Source: Octopus vulgaris (Eukaryota). From it: a stretch of DNA of 64,000 nucleotides. The notes under the pieces are model-generated. The model was not told the DNA's origin. It worked only from the letters and a program-made list of their open reading frames with translations, and made no database searches. The stretch lies in contig OX597827.1 of the NCBI GenBank assembly GCA_951406725.2, positions 46,252,001 to 46,316,000 on the forward strand, given 5' to 3'. The position numbers and the translations under genes are program-made. Positions 41,028 to 54,162 of this stretch are shown here, piece by piece; the stretch's first letter is position 1, and each line of letters begins with the position of its first letter.

Positions 41028-41810
41028 AGGCGGCGAGCTGGCAGAAACGTTAGCACGCCGGGCGCAATGCGTAGCCGTATTTCGTCAGCCGTTACGTTCT
41101 GAGTTCAAATTCCGCCGAGGTCGACTTTGCATTTCATCCTTTCGGGGTCGATTAAATAAGTACCAATTACGCACTGGGGTCGATATAATCGACTTAATCC
41201 ATTTGTCTGTCCTTGTTTGTCCTCTCTGTGTTTAGCCCTTTGTGGGTAGTAAAGAAATAGGTATTTCATCTGTCTTTGTGTTCTTAGTTCAAATTCTGCC
41301 GAGATCGACTTTGCCTTTCATCCTTTCGGGGTCGATAAATTAAGTACCAGTTGTGCACTGGGGTCAATGTAATGGACTTAATCGCTTTATCAGTCCTTGT
41401 TTGTCCCCTCTATGTTTAGCCACTTGTAAGCAATAAGAAACGTTAGAATGCCGGGCGAAATGCTTAGCCGTATTTTGTCTACTGTTCCGTTCTAAGTTCA
41501 AATTCCGCCGAGGTCGACTTTGCCTTTCATCCTTTCGGGTCGATAAATTAAGTACCAGTACTGGGGTCGATGAAATCGACTTAATCCCTTTATCTCTCCT
41601 TGTTTGTCCCCTCTATGTTTAGCCCCCTGTGGGCAATAAAGAAATAAGAATATTTAGCTCGTCGGACAAAATGCTTATCAGCATTTTCTCCTGTTACTTA
41701 CGTTCTGAGTTCAAATTCCGCCAAGGTCGACTTAGCCTTTCATCCTTTCTTGGTCGTCAGAATAAGGGCATGTTGAACACTGAGGTCGATGTAATCAATT
41801 TACCCTCATT
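41028..41810 (+). mobile_element. Head-to-tail array of ~4 Nin/Deu-like SINEs
   Basis: Units restart after the AAAGAAATA-type tail at ~41262, ~41437 and ~41650. Confidence 0.85.
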
Positions 41811-42021
41811 TACTCTCTTTTTACTCTTTTATTTGTTTCAATCATTTGACTGCGACCATGCTGGAGCACCTCCTTTAGTTGAGCGATTTGACCCCAGGAC
41901 TTACTCTTTGTAAGCCTAGTACTTATTCTATCCGTCTCCTTTGTCGAACTGCTAAGTTACGGGGATGTAAGCACACCAGCATCGGTTGTCAAGCGAACGT
42001 GGAGCGACAAACACACACACA

Positions 42022-42144
<123 letters not shown>

Positions 42145-43319
42145 TTAAAGGGCTAAAAAAACCGACGGGCTTCTTTCCTAAGATATCTTACCTTCTTTCC
42201 TATAATTGCTAGCCTTGTACCAAAACCTCAAACCATAATTATACCAAAGCTGGAAACGGCGATCTGGCAAACTCGTTAGCGCGCTGGACAAAATATTAAT
42301 CAGCTTTTCCTCCGGCTCTTTACGTTCAAAACCCACCGAAGTCAGCTTTGCCTTTCATCCTTCCATATAACTTTATTTTACCATTCAAGTGCTGGGTCGA
42401 TGTAATCGACTAATCCCCCCTTTCTCTAAAACAGTTAGCTTTGAGTCAAAGTCTAAAACAATTATATGAAGGTTGACTTCAGTCTTTGATGGAAGCGCTG
42501 CTTTGCCATTTAGCTGCAAGATGGCAGGCAGTTATTAGTGTAATGTTTACGGCCCAGTAAATCCGTTAATCCAAATAAACGCGTTAATTCAGGAAATAGA
42601 TGAGATTTACTTAACCTATATTTCGATTTTGACCAACCCTATTGATATTCGCTTTGTTTTCTCCACATAGTGTTTGGAAACTAACGTTTTCGATTTCCAT
42701 TAACTTCGAAGCAAGTTCATTTAATGATTTGGGTCCAAGGGAACAATTTGCTACAAAAAGCAACCAAATTACGAAAATCCGAAGGTTGCTTAACAACAAC
42801 AAAAAAAGAAACAGAAAACAAAAATATCAGAATGGAACACGATTTACCTATTTTAAGGTATTTACTTGTTCGTTTCGGTAACTTAAGAAAACCACGTTAG
42901 ATTTTTATTTCACATTCCCCACTATTGTTGGGCTCAATTTTAAATGATCGCCTTCATTCATTCCTATATGTCTTGGTCTTTTCAAGGTGCTAGGGCATAA
43001 TTTGAGAGATTTAACTACTATTTCTAGCAAGTCAAGTGACCACATAGATGGTCTTTTGTTGGCTGGTTTATATGTATGTATGAGCTTGAAAGAGCACTTT
43101 CACATTCATAAGCTTTCACCATCTTTCTCTTGCATGTTTACCTAAACTCCCGGACGCCGTCGGGACGATTTTTCGTTTACCTCCGATGTGCTTTTCAGTA
43201 CACCAATAAAAGATTTTATCTCGGAAGAAAACCACAGTATCTTGTCTACCAACTGTATATACACTAAACATGATACATAGGTCATTATCTAAATTTAATA
43301 CTGCTTCAGTTGCCTACAC

Positions 43320-43480
43320 CGGATTATTTATTCCACTGGACGGCTATTCATAGTATCAGTGAATGCATTATTTCCTGCATCGGAGGCGATATACCTCGTC
43401 TCTGGATGTGGTTGGCTGCGAGTACACATCATTGACAAGGCCCAACAAGGCCGAAAGGTTGCTGGTGTCCTTACTTGATG
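43320..43480 (+). ncRNA. Degenerate retrozyme-like monomer with hammerhead motif
   Basis: ACATCA-TTGACAA-GGCC-CAACAA-GGCC-GAAA...TGGTGT at 43424-43469, preceded by TTCCTGCATCGGAGGCGATATACCTCG. Confidence 0.5.
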
Positions 43481-43752
43481 CACAACACATCTATAAGAGA
43501 TTTTCTCTCGGACGAAAACCGCGGCAACTTACCTGTCAACGGTGTGTGTATTTTTGTGTTTGTTCTCTTCTCCCCGCTCGACAACTGGTGTTAGTTTGTT
43601 TACATTTCCGTAACTTAGTGATTCGGCAAAAAATGTGACCCATAAAATAAGTACCACACATAAAAAAAAGGACTGGGGTTGATTTGTTTGATTAAATCCT
43701 TCAAGGAAGTGCCCCGGCATGGCCGCAGTGCAATGACTGAAACAAGTAAAAG

Positions 43753-43802
<50 letters not shown>

Positions 43803-43859
43803 AAGATAGAGTAGACAGACAGATATAGGGTTCATGACTCGAATCCATTTCGTGGCAAC

Positions 43860-44210
43860 ATAGGCAGGAATTAGCTCGGTGGTTAGAGCATCGGCTTCAC
43901 AATCATGAGGTAGTGAGTTGTTCGAATCCCGGACTGGGCTGTGTGTTGTGTTCTTGAGCAAGACACTTTATTCCTAGTTGCTCAAGTTCACTCAACTGCA
44001 GAAATGAATTGTGACGTCACTGGTGCCAAGATGTATCGGCCTTTGCCGTTCCCTTGGATAACATCGATAGCATGAAGATGGGAAGCTGGTATCCATGGGC
44101 AACTGTTGGTCTTCCATAAACAACCTTGCCCAGACTTGTGCTTCGGAGGCTAACTTTCTAGGTACAATACCATGGTCATTCATGACCGAAGTGGGGTCTT
44201 TACCCTTTAT
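43860..44210 (+). mobile_element. tRNA-derived CORE-like SINE
   Basis: Has a tRNA head (TAGCTCGGTGGTTAGAGC...GTTCGAATCCC) and TGTTCTTGAGCAAGACACTT. Confidence 0.7.
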
Positions 44211-44572
44211 TATACTTATAAAATAGCTTTGGTTGACTTGTCTTGCGAGTAAATTTGGGGACATGGAAACTGTGCGGAAGCTCCCCACACAACTCGGATG
44301 GAACGCATCCGTCATTCAGTAGTTGAGTTTAGTCACGTGGATGCCATCCAAGAATTCAGTTAAGAGCAAATTTGTCTGAAGAATACTCGACCACATTATT
44401 CTTTTACTTGTTTTAGGTTAATTCAATGGGATTCTTATTTCAGTTGATCAAGCAAAATGAAAACTCATGGTCGAAAACTCTGACTCCATTCACACTTGCG
44501 CACGCATACAGACAGAGACAGACAGACAAACAGGCAGACAGACGTGTGTGTTTGTGGTGTGTGTGTGTGTGC

Positions 44573-44895
44573 GTGTGAAGGCGCGTGGCTTAGTGGTTAG
44601 GGCATTCCGCTCACGATCGTAAGGTCGTGAGTTCAATTCCCGGCGACGCGTTGTTGTCCTTGAGCAAGACACTTTATTTCATGTTGCTCCCGTCCACTCA
44701 GCTGGCAAAACTCAGTAGTACCTGTATTTCAAGGGGTCAGCCTTGTCACACTCTGTGTCACGCTGAATCTCCCTGAGAACTACGTTAAAGGGAAAAGTGT
44801 CTGTGGAGTCTTCAGCCACTCGCACGTTAATTTCACGAGCAAGCTGTTCCGTTGATCGTATCACCTGGGATCCTCGTCGTAACCGGCGGAACGCC
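44573..44895 (+). mobile_element. tRNA-derived CORE-like SINE (tail type B)
   Basis: Homologous to the reverse complement of 1641-1955. Confidence 0.8.
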
Positions 44896-44896
44896 A

Positions 44897-44957
<61 letters not shown>

Positions 44958-46868
44958 AGCACAGGTATGGCTCTGTTTTAAGAAGTTTGTGAGTGGATTT
45001 GATAGACAGAAGCTGAAAGAAGTCCGTCGTAGATATGTACATATGTGCCGTACCACGGCTTGATAACAAGTGTTGGTTTGTTAACGTTCACGTAACGTAG
45101 TGGTTCGGTAAAAGGAGACCGATAGACTAAGTACCAGACTTCAAAATTTAAACACTGGAGTCGGAGTAGTTCGACTAAATCTTGTGCCCCAGCATGGCCG
45201 CAGTCCAATGACTGAAACGCGTAAAAGGTAAGAACAAAGAAAAATGTGTGAGTATTTGAGCTGTAAAACATTGAGCGACAGGAACCACAAAGTGGTAAAG
45301 CAAATTTATATCATTAAAATTTTTATTTAAATAAATTAAACGTTTAAAATAGCATGGGTAGCAGGGGAGAGAACTCTACACAAATTTCAGATTAAAAGTT
45401 AAATATATCGAACTACCAATGCACACTTCATTTTTGAAACAACGTGATCGAAAGATTAAAATAAGCCTCGCTTCAGAGAGAACATGAATTTGTTTAGTTT
45501 TGAGGATTAAATTAACATTTTTATTTTGAGGGTGGGAACGCCAGCCTAAACAAACCATTATTTGTTTCGTTGCAATCTTAGACTTTCATTCTTCGACCCT
45601 GTCATATTCAAGGGAGATAACATTGTTTTCACTATTTCCTCTGAAAATATCCAACCGGGGCGAGCGGACAGAACTTGATACTTATTCTCAACACATTCAC
45701 ATACATTTCTTTAATATAGTTCCTTCTGTTCATCAAGATGTAAGCCTCTTTCTCTCTTTACCCATATCCCATAATGAACATTCTGCTAGCTCTCCGATGC
45801 ACTAATAATAATTTTTTACTAATTTTAAAAGAAAGCTACCAGTTTTGAAGGGAAGAGGGGGGGGCAAGTCAACTGCATCAACTTGACATCTACTTTATTT
45901 TATCAGACCCCCCCCCCCAAAAAAAAAGCAAAGTCAAACTCAGTAGAATTTGAACTCAGAATGTAAAGAGCCTGAAACGATGCCTTTGTTTGATGTGCAA
46001 ACAGTTCTACTAGCTCACAGAATAATTTAGCAAACATATGAATAAAAGGAAAATAAACAACAAATATACAGAAAAAACAAAGAATGATAACAATTTTATT
46101 TCAAAATGAAATATGTATAAGTGAAGGATTAAAATATTGAACATCAGACCTTGTATGTATTGTACTACAGATGTTGTATTATATAAACTAGACTCTTGTA
46201 TAACTAGACACTAAACTCAATATATAAGACCTATCTAGAAAACCTTTTACAAGTTACTATACAGTCACTTGATTTGTTAGAAATAACAGCCAAATCTTTC
46301 AAATCACACTATTACCTTAATTTTTTTTTAAATAAAAATAAAAAGATATATTGGATAATGTAATCTAAGATGAATTATTTCCAAAAAGCTGGATGGTCCC
46401 TTTATTTTTTTATTATAGGCCTGCAAGGCTTGGTGGGTTAAATGAAAACAGCCCTTATTTTATTTATTTATTTATTTTTTTTAATCTTGCATGAAGCTTT
46501 AGTTGATAAACTTGATGTATTCCTAAATGAATGTTTGAGATTTATAGCCCAAGGATATGATCTTAGATGCATGGTCTATGGCACTTTGTAATGAAATAAA
46601 TTGCACATGAAGTTTTAAAATAATTGAAAATTCCGAGGGATTTAGTAAAAATAAATAACTATTTTAATTATTAAGTTGACGTTTGGAATATACCCTAACA
46701 AAAAAAGTGTCTCACATAAGATTATGATGTGAAGTTTTGATTTAAGTATGAGCTTTTACAAATGAGCAGTTGCATATCAGAACCAGAGGTAGTTTGGTCA
46801 AAAATGTGTTGGCACTGAAAAGGTTGAATACAAAGAAAAGAAGGAGGACCAATACTGAGTATATACAC

Positions 46869-47099
46869 CAGTTGTTCTCAACCATTTTCTGCCAGTGGAT
46901 CCCTTCCATTCCTATTTTACTCTAGTAGACCCCCATAGCCATTTGAAATTTAGAAACAAATTCCATTATATTTTTTTATTTTAGGAAATTTTGTAAAAAT
47001 AATTATTAAGATATTTTGAGTATTTTAGAAGTATAACCAATGTATTGCACATAATTTTTAACAACAAAATCTTATATGGACCCTGGTTGGGAACCACTG
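46869..47099. mobile_element. hAT-type MITE
   Basis: TIRs CAGTTGTTCTCAACC / GGTTGGGAACCACTG and an 8-bp TSD ATATACAC / ATAAACAC. Confidence 0.8.
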
Positions 47100-47397
47100 A
47101 TAAACACCTTCAGATTTCTCCAAGACTGTAAATGTTAATGTAAATAATGTTCAGTTGATTGATATTAGCATACGAGTGGTGGTAGTGGTGGTGAAGAGGA
47201 AATAATGTCACAAGTGAGGATGAAGTTCCTGAGTAGTGTTATCAAACCTCTTGTTAATCCAGCAACCCCTTTACTAACGAGTAGACTCACCCGACACAGC
47301 ATCTTAAATTTTCTGTAATATCTAAACACAGAGGGTGGGGAGCTGGCAGAAACGTCAGCACACCGGGCAAAATGCGTGGCCGTATTTCGTCTGCCGC

Positions 47398-50300
47398 ACA
47401 TGTGTTCGTGGTAAGAATTGCTGTTTCTTTGTGTTAATATTGTTAATAACTGTTGTTTCTTGTTAAACTGTTGATTAACTTAACTGTTGGAGTTTTCAAT
47501 TGAAAACACTTAGTGCTTGTGGTAGCACGCGTTGTTCATTCCCCCTTTGGGGGGAAGAATGTCGTCTAGCATGGAGCCTACCGTTGGAGCAGAAATACTT
47601 GTTTCTCCTGTTGAGAGGAGGAAATACATGTCCGGCGAGGAGCCAACTACAGACAAGGAAATAGGGGTTTCCCCCGCTACAAGAAGGAATAGCAGAGAGG
47701 ATAATATATTTGATATTTTTGGAGATGTGTCTGAGAGCTCGTCAGAACTTTCACCAGAAGAGTTTCCGACTTTGCCAGAGAACAAAGGCATTGTGTCGAA
47801 GAGAATAATTGATGTACCTAGCATCCAGATAGAACCAAAAAATGGAAAAAAAAGTTTTGCGTTGGCTGCTGGGGGTGGAACCCAGATACTGTCGACGAAT
47901 AAAAGCGACATTATGAAATACAGCCAAATGATGGAAATAACTGACAACGGTGTGAAAATTGAACCTCCGCAAAAGTTATTACAAGAAGAAAAGCAAAAAA
48001 CAATAATTTTCAAAACATATTGTCCACAAAAAAAAAAAAAATTGAAAGAATGTCAGAAGAGAAAATAGAAAAGTGCTTAAAGCCAATATGGGGCGACGTA
48101 GTATTTCTGAGAAGAGGAAAAAAATTCGGAACGGTGGAAGTAAGGTTCACCAATAAAGAAATAGCACACAAGAACTCAGTTGAAACGCTGAAAACAAACG
48201 ACGTGGAGTTAATCCCCTATTATATGGGGATGAGGAGGTCGCGAATAAAAATTACAAGGGTCCCGCCAGAGGTCGAACCTATGTGGTTGTTGGCGGCAGT
48301 CCTAATCAAAGAGGTAGAAAAAATTACTCTCCTCCAGGCTACCGCTACGGAAAACCCACGCTGGGATGGTCAAACAATTAATCTTCTCATTCAAGCGGAC
48401 CCTAAAATAATTCAAACAATTCCTGAGACAATTGAGGTAGGGGAGGAGAACCTCGTGGTGTTTGTTGAGGGCTGAAAACCTCGATGTTTTTTATGTGGTC
48501 AATTAGGCCACATTCGAAGGAACTGCAAGGAAAATGAAGAAGAGGAGGAAAAGGAGAAAAAAAGACAAAGAGGAAGAAGATAAAGAAGAAACAGATGAGA
48601 AAAAAACAACAAACAAAAGAAAAATACAACCAGCAACCCAGCCGAGAGTGGCGACTACTACAGAACAACGACCAAAAAAGACTGCCAGAAGGGAAAAAGA
48701 AGAAAAAGGCATAATAGCCGTATACACTAAAGATACTGAGCTCATGAGAGACATTCAACTCATAAAGACTGTAAAAAAAATTGATAACCTTTCAGAGGAA
48801 TTTATCAATTACGACATATATGAAGTCTCAAATAAGACTTATAGAATTCTACAAAATAAGTACAGAAAGACTGTATCTTCATTGAGATTAGATTTTAACA
48901 AGTCGATATTTCATGGATTACCAGCCCCGATCCCGCGAGAAAAGGAAAAGGTGGAGATTCCCCCTCCACCTGATAATTCTGTGTCGGTGGTGAGACGGGA
49001 TTTTGACAAATCTATTTCCCAAGACCGTCCACCTCCGACCCTGGATCAAAAAAAGATTCTGGCCAAGGTTTTAGCAAAAATGTTGGCACGTCTTGCGAAT
49101 GGTATAGTCGGGGAGGCACAGACATGTGCTATCCCAGGCAGAACCCTTCAGGATAATCTCCATCCTATTCGCTATACCATAGAGAGGGCTGGTGATAAAT
49201 CTGGCAAAAGTGGAGCATTTGTGCATTTACACCAATCTAAAGCTTTTGATAGGGTTGACCATCATTACCTGGTGACTGTGCTTGCACAGTTTGGCCTGGG
49301 CCTTGGCTTCTTCAGGTGGCTCATCACTCTGTATCACAACATTGACTCGATAGTTTGGGTGAACGGTTTCCTTCTGAAGCCATTCTGCATCAGACGCTCA
49401 ATTCGTCAAGGATGTCTTCTCTGACTACTTTTGTATGGGGTGGCTCTTGAGCCCCTACTGTGAAAGTCGAATGATATCCTGAGAGAACCAGGTTTAGAGG
49501 AGTTTGTTTCAGCTTACACGGATGATATCACTATCAGCATTACCACAGTAGCACGCCTACATGAAGTGAGTAAGGCTATTGAGGTTTATGAGATGGTGGC
49601 AGGAAAAGTCGGTCAGCTTGCAGCTCGGCACCTGGGTTGGCATGTTGATGCCTTCAGACAGCGTTGTTGGGCGCTGTATGGAGGGACTGGTTAAATTGCT
49701 GGGAGTCTGGTTTGGACCAGGCCTCCAAATAAAGAACTGAACGGAAGTTTCGAACAGGGTGGCTGCAATAGTCAAGACCTGGTCTTGGTGGTCGCTATCC
49801 CTGAAAACGAGGGCGGAGGTGGCCAATGTGTTTATCACATCGGTCATTACCTACTGTCTGACCGTCGTGCCCTGTCTGGATTCATGAGTGATCAGGTTGG
49901 AGAGGCAGCTCTTTCGTTTTTTGTGGAAGGGCAGGTCGCCACTTGTGAAATGCTCTATCTGTTGTCAGAAGCTGTTAAAGGGAGATTAAGAGATGCCTTG
50001 GTCAATAATGTGCAGGCATGCGTTGAAGTTAAAGCATCTCTGGATTCTCCTGGATAGTGAACGGGTGTGGTCTCCGTTAGCCAGACAAAAGTTTTTGCGA
50101 ACAGGAAGCCTGGTGTTCCCATAGAGCGAGGTCGAGTAAGTGGTATATGGAGTGTCGTAAGGCCCTCCTGCTATTCTGGTGCTCGGGCAATGCCAGTGGT
50201 GGGGGTTTTACATGTTTTTTATATAGTGGGTTGGTAGAGTCTGAATGTGACGGTAGCCTGGGAGCGACTCTCAGTCTTGGGCATATTCAATTTGAAAGCC

Positions 50301-51690
50301 TGTTCCACCGTACATTCGGGTTGAGAACGTTGGACAATTTCCAAAAGTCCTTGACCTGGCAATGTTACAGGGGCGCCTTGCCTGTTTGGGATAAACTCAC
50401 AAGACATGGAAAGTCTCATTCTCCAACCTGTCCAAGATGCGGGGGTTGAAATAGGGAAACTGTCCCTCACGCTATTGTCCAGTGCCTGAAGATATCTGAA
50501 ATGTGGGTTTATGCTGAACACCTGTTGTCTGGCAAAGGAAGAGTACAGCTGTCGACTGGGTCAATTATAAAAATTGATCCACCAGAATTTTTAACAAATG
50601 AAGGTAAGAATTGTTTTCTCACTGTCGTTGCCGTAGCGAAAGAGTGAAATCATAGAAGAAACTGCAAAAAAATAGTTGTATTTAAAACTCTTGTTGTAAA
50701 GGAAAAGAAACTCAACAAAGCACCAAAAGAAGCTATAGAAAAATGCCTAAAGCCGATCTGGTTAGACATAGAATACCTGACCAGAGGGAAAGGCTTTGCC
50801 ACTGTAGTAGTTTATTTCAAGAGTGAAGAGAAAGCAAAAACACACTCAGTACAACCTTTGAGAACCACAGATGTTGTGTTGCTGCCGACATACTTAGGCA
50901 GGCACACATCAAAGATCACAGTAGAAAAGATCCTACCAGAAATGAACGTCTCATGGCTACTCCCAGCCCTTCTAATGGGGCTCGAAGAAAAAATAACAAT
51001 ATTAGAGGTCTCAAAAATCCACCAGCAGAACTGGAAGGGGCAAGGCCTCAAGGTAATTATCCAACTGATGCAACAGACCCTGGAAAAGATCGTAGAGAAT
51101 ATACACCTCAGAGAAGAAACCACCTTATGGGTAATGGTGGAGGGGAGGACACCCCTGTGCTTTGAATGCAGAGAGAAGGGCCACATTTGGGCAAACTGTC
51201 CTACCCGTAAGGTGGAGACGGCCCATAAAAAGGATGCAGAAGAGGCAGAGACACAGAAGACCGACCAGCAGGCTCCCAGCAATGAAAACACTCAACCAGC
51301 TGGGAGTGAAGAAGGATGGTCGACCGTAAAACCGAAATGGATCACCTACAGAGGGTAGGCAAGGCCATTGAGGAATACAAGACGGTGGCAGGAGCAAATA
51401 TTAATCGTGAAAAGTCAGTCAGCTTGCAGCTCAGCACCTGGAGAGGCAAGTTGATGCCTCCTGACAGCATCGTGGAGTGTTGGACAGAGGATCTAATTAA
51501 GTTGCTAGGAGTCTGGTTTGGACCAGGCCTCCAAATAGAGAAAAACTGGGCCAAGGTAGCGAGTAGGGTGGCCCAAACAGCCAAGACCTCACCTTGGCAG
51601 TGGCTATCCCTGAAAGGAAGGGTGTAGGTGACCAATGTGTTTATCACATCGGTCATCACCAACTGCCTAACCATCATTCCCTGCCCTGAT
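47398..51690 (+). pseudogene. Rearranged, decayed Tx1/L1-clade LINE(s)
   Basis: ORF1 remnants carry a CCHC knuckle (CFLCGQLGHIRRNC, ~48486). RT motifs include ILAKVLA, QTCAIPGR, SKAFDRVDH, IRQGC and AYTDDIT, followed by C-terminal CPRC...H...C. A second ORF1 (CFECREKGHIWANC) and a second RT piece (51335-51690) follow. No endonuclease domain is visible. Confidence 0.85.
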
Positions 51691-54162
51691 TAACGGTATT
51701 TCATCTGTCTTCACCTGCCAACGTCGACTTTGCCTTTCATCCTTTCGGGGATCAATAAATTATGTACCAGTTGCGACTGGCCCCCTCCCCCAAAAATGTC
51801 GGGCGTTGTGCCTAGAGTAGAAAAGAATATCTGAAAGCACACACCTTGATCTAATTTGAATTCCCACCACTCCTTTTGCCACCCAAAATTTCCTTTAAAT
51901 CCCACTGTACTCTCTTTAAAAAGGAATATATTTAACTTTTAACTTCCTGCATGACAAAGTACCACACACGACTGCAATGGTAAGCCAGTAGTGAAACGCA
52001 TGATATTACAAGAATTCTACTAACGTTGCTTACATTTTGGTTCAAAGGAAATGAAGGAAAAAAAATTTGATCTAATGTAAGGGAGATAATTCTAATTTCT
52101 TCTGTCAATTTCCGATTTGTAATGGAATCGTTAAAAGATTGGGCTTTCCAACAGAATGTTAAGAGTTAAGGCTACATTGCATACTGGATTATGTAGTATT
52201 AGGTACATCCTGCCTAATGACAAGAATAAGACAGGACAGTCATGGCTGGAACACTTTTCAACATCATCTTGTTCTCCCTCAGAGTGTTCCTGTATTTAAC
52301 AACAACAAAACTCATCTATTTCATGCTATCAGGAAAAGCAGGATTTAAAATATGATAATGGTGACATATGTCTGTATGCAGCATAGAAACTGGACGTTAA
52401 ATGATGATGTTCAGTTTATCAACAATACAGTTAAATCAGCTTTCAACAAATTCCTTGCCATCCAGCAAACACAAAGTAACTGATATAGGTTTTTACGAAG
52501 GGCAATGTAACAACCAAATCTCCTTACCAAACCACTACACACCTTCTATAAACTAACCTGCCATCTTTAGTCTAAGGGCTACAAAAGCTGTTTAAACAGA
52601 TACTATGGCCATATTGTGCTGAAAGTACTGGTTCTCATTTGGTCAACCTAGTTAGTACTTAAACTGGTGGTCACTTGCAAAACTTAGATGATCTAAGTGC
52701 AACTCTTAGTTTAACTGTGGGTATATCAGTCCTTACTGTAGGTATTTTGGTTACCATGTTGAAATAGATGTACCACATCCCTGTCATAATGCCATAAGAA
52801 CCAACTGAAAGCATAAACATGAAGGATGGGTGTCCAACCATAAAATACCATCTCAGTAAGTTCACCCAACCCATGCCTGAATAGAAAAGTGGACGTAAAA
52901 AGAAAATGTTGATAATGTATATGCATATGCAAATAAAATTCCCTTCAACAAACTTTTGACAATTTTTAAAACAGGGGCCATAAAAAAACTGTTAAATTAC
53001 AGAGTGAAAGCCTGCAAAAAATTTCTGAGAAAATTTAAAAGGGCCACTAAAGCTACATAGACAGCTGCTATATAAGCAGTTGAAATCCCCTTTGTCTTAT
53101 AAAAAATAAGGACCAAATAAAACTGTGAGGTAGTTTCTATATAGTTGTATAAATTTTAGACATAGCACTTTATTCTCTCTCAAGGTACTCCCATCTTTTA
53201 AATACTAGTTGTTAAATCATAAAATGTTTTTGAAAGCCTGCCCTCATACATAGCTTTTGTTATGAGCTCAAGGAGGCAGAAGGCTGGAGATTAACCCAGT
53301 TTTTATAGCAAACCAGTGACTGAGATTACAAAACTCATCAGTGAACGGGATGTCAGTTTGTCACTGGGTTAACTTCCCAGGAATTGCTGAAACTCATTTA
53401 CAACAGAATGGACTGGAGCAATGTGAGAACAATTAAGGGTTTTGTTTAAGAACACAAATGCACTGCCTGGTCTGAGAATTAAAACCATGGTCTTATGATG
53501 GGATGTCATGATCTTATGATGGGATGGGATGATCTTATGATGATATGGATAACCTGAATATCCAGAACACTGATCTGACAGATTTAATAAATGATATCAA
53601 ACTGGTTATGTTACAAGTCTCTAATCCTCACCCAAAACTTAACACAAGTAGCTGCAGTGTGTGTGTGTGGCATTTAATGACTTAGCCAAAATATCATACA
53701 AATATTCTCCTCTTCAGCAACAACAACAACTAAAAACAAAACAAATAGATATTAAACAAAACAAACATGAACAGCAGAGTTAACATGATAATGGTAGGTT
53801 TCAGGCAGTTTTAAAATGGCTTCATCTCAAGTATAGCTTCACTTTCTAAATATCTCTGACTACCATGGCATCTGACATTATCAAAGATCATACAATATGG
53901 CACTTCAGATAAGCATAAACATAAAAATAACAGAAACAAATCATAAAAAAAGGAAACAAAAATTTACAAATGAGTTCTCAACAAAATTCCATCCTAAACT
54001 ACCATGTAGAGTTCTTACCCACTTTTAGCAAATATTCTCACACAAGGGTCTCACAGCTTTTTCTCTCATTTTCTTGTTTTTATTATTAACTGCACGGCCA
54101 ATTTAAAAAGATTTTGGAGGGATTCAAAGACAACTATAGTCTTTTCACAACCAACCCTAATA

